From Dehalococcoidia bacterium (GTDB lineage: Bacteria > Chloroflexota > Dehalococcoidia > Lucifugimonadales > UBA3495): DNA of 64,000 bases. Location of the stretch: assembly GCA_034423215.1 (NCBI GenBank), contig DAOUIY010000043.1, positions 31,600 through 95,599 of the forward strand, written 5' to 3'. Shown here piece after piece: positions 63,580-64,000 of the stretch (positions are counted from its first letter, which is position 1; each line of letters starts with the position of its first letter). The notes under the pieces were generated by a model. The model did not search any database. It worked only from the letters and a program-made list of their open reading frames with translations, and was not told the origin of the DNA. A program made the translations under genes and the position numbers.

Positions 63580-64000
63580 ATGATGCGCAACACCCAAATA
63601 TCTGCAACAGCCCTGGTGGAAGACATATGCCGGAAAATCCGCGGCCGGCTGCCATCCGGCTGGAGTCTGGAAGACAGCTTTGCCGGGTGGGGTCAGATAT
63701 CAGGCGCTTCTGCCGATCCTAACTTTGACGGCGTTCTTGCCCTCAGGGACCCCCAGGGATTAACGGTCAACATTATCGTAGAGGCGAGAGCCCGACCGCT
63801 TGAGGGGCAGCAGGTCGGTATGCTGGCAGACCGCCTTAAGCGCTCCCTGCTCCCACAGGGCCAGGAAGCCCTGGGAACCGAAAACTCCCTCATTCCCGTG
63901 GTTGTGGCGCCCTTCCTGGGGCCATCGGCAAGGGACAGGCTGGTGGAGGCGGGAATCAGCTACGCGGATGCCACCGGCAACCTCAGGTTGGTCAGCGACA
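63580..64000 (+). CDS. hypothetical protein, 5' partial view (runs off the window end)
   Basis: My manual translation from ATG 63580 is MMRNTQISATALVEDICRKIRGRLPSGW...NIIVEARARPLEG...VVVAPFLGPSARDRLVEAGISYADATGNLRLVSD, open to position 64000. It is absent from the track because no stop is reached. Confidence 0.45.
   Translation, partial: MMRNTQISATALVEDICRKIRGRLPSGWSLEDSFAGWGQISGASADPNFDGVLALRDPQGLTVNIIVEARARPLEGQQVGMLADRLKRSLLPQGQEALGTENSLIPVVVAPFLGPSARDRLVEAGISYADATGNLRLVSD

Overview
This is a 64-kb high-G+C bacterial chromosomal segment. I found no rRNA, tRNA or CRISPR array. I call about 60 protein genes. Housekeeping genes: ispG, proS, infC-rpmI-rplT, pheS and pheT, moeA, and a SlyD-like PPIase. 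Transport and respiration: an Fe(3+)-type ABC binding protein plus fused permease (no ATPase in the window), chrA, and a qNOR-type nitric oxide reductase. Metabolism: a biotin-dependent acyl-CoA carboxylase cluster, myo-inositol-1-phosphate synthase plus a HAD-IIA phosphatase, and many catabolic or redox enzymes (FAH, SDRs, amidase, esterase, ALDH, SMP-30 lactonase, FAD oxidase, cupin, MBL, VOC, GlcG, DUF3500, DUF1330, a sulfite-oxidase-like Mo enzyme). There are three toxin-antitoxin-like modules: HNH+HigA, a RelE/ParE-type killer with a short partner, and VapBC/FitAB. Two of these are wedged between ispG and proS. The dominant global feature is that most intergenic spacers from about 21.5 to 62 kb hold modular REP/MITE-like elements. 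There are at least seven families; some have terminal inverted repeats and target-site duplications, and two form tandem arrays. These elements, together with GC-rich shadow frames, explain most of the extra ORFs in the six-frame track. The best candidates for undescribed biology are: (1) a GPP34/GOLPH3-like domain fused to a cytochrome P450, divergent from an HTH-fused inositol-phosphate synthase and a HAD phosphatase; (2) a perfect Gram-positive-type LexA (Cheo) palindrome on the promoter of a zinc-ribbon plus atypical RuvC-like gene pair, next to a DUF3467/retropepsin-like protease/unknown operon; (3) an HNH nuclease in the toxin slot of a HigA module; (4) an AT-richer coiled-coil membrane gene inserted between pheS and pheT. 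All family assignments come from reading motifs by eye, since no searches could be run. A Chloroflexota-like origin is only a guess, based on repeat types and the SOS-box type.
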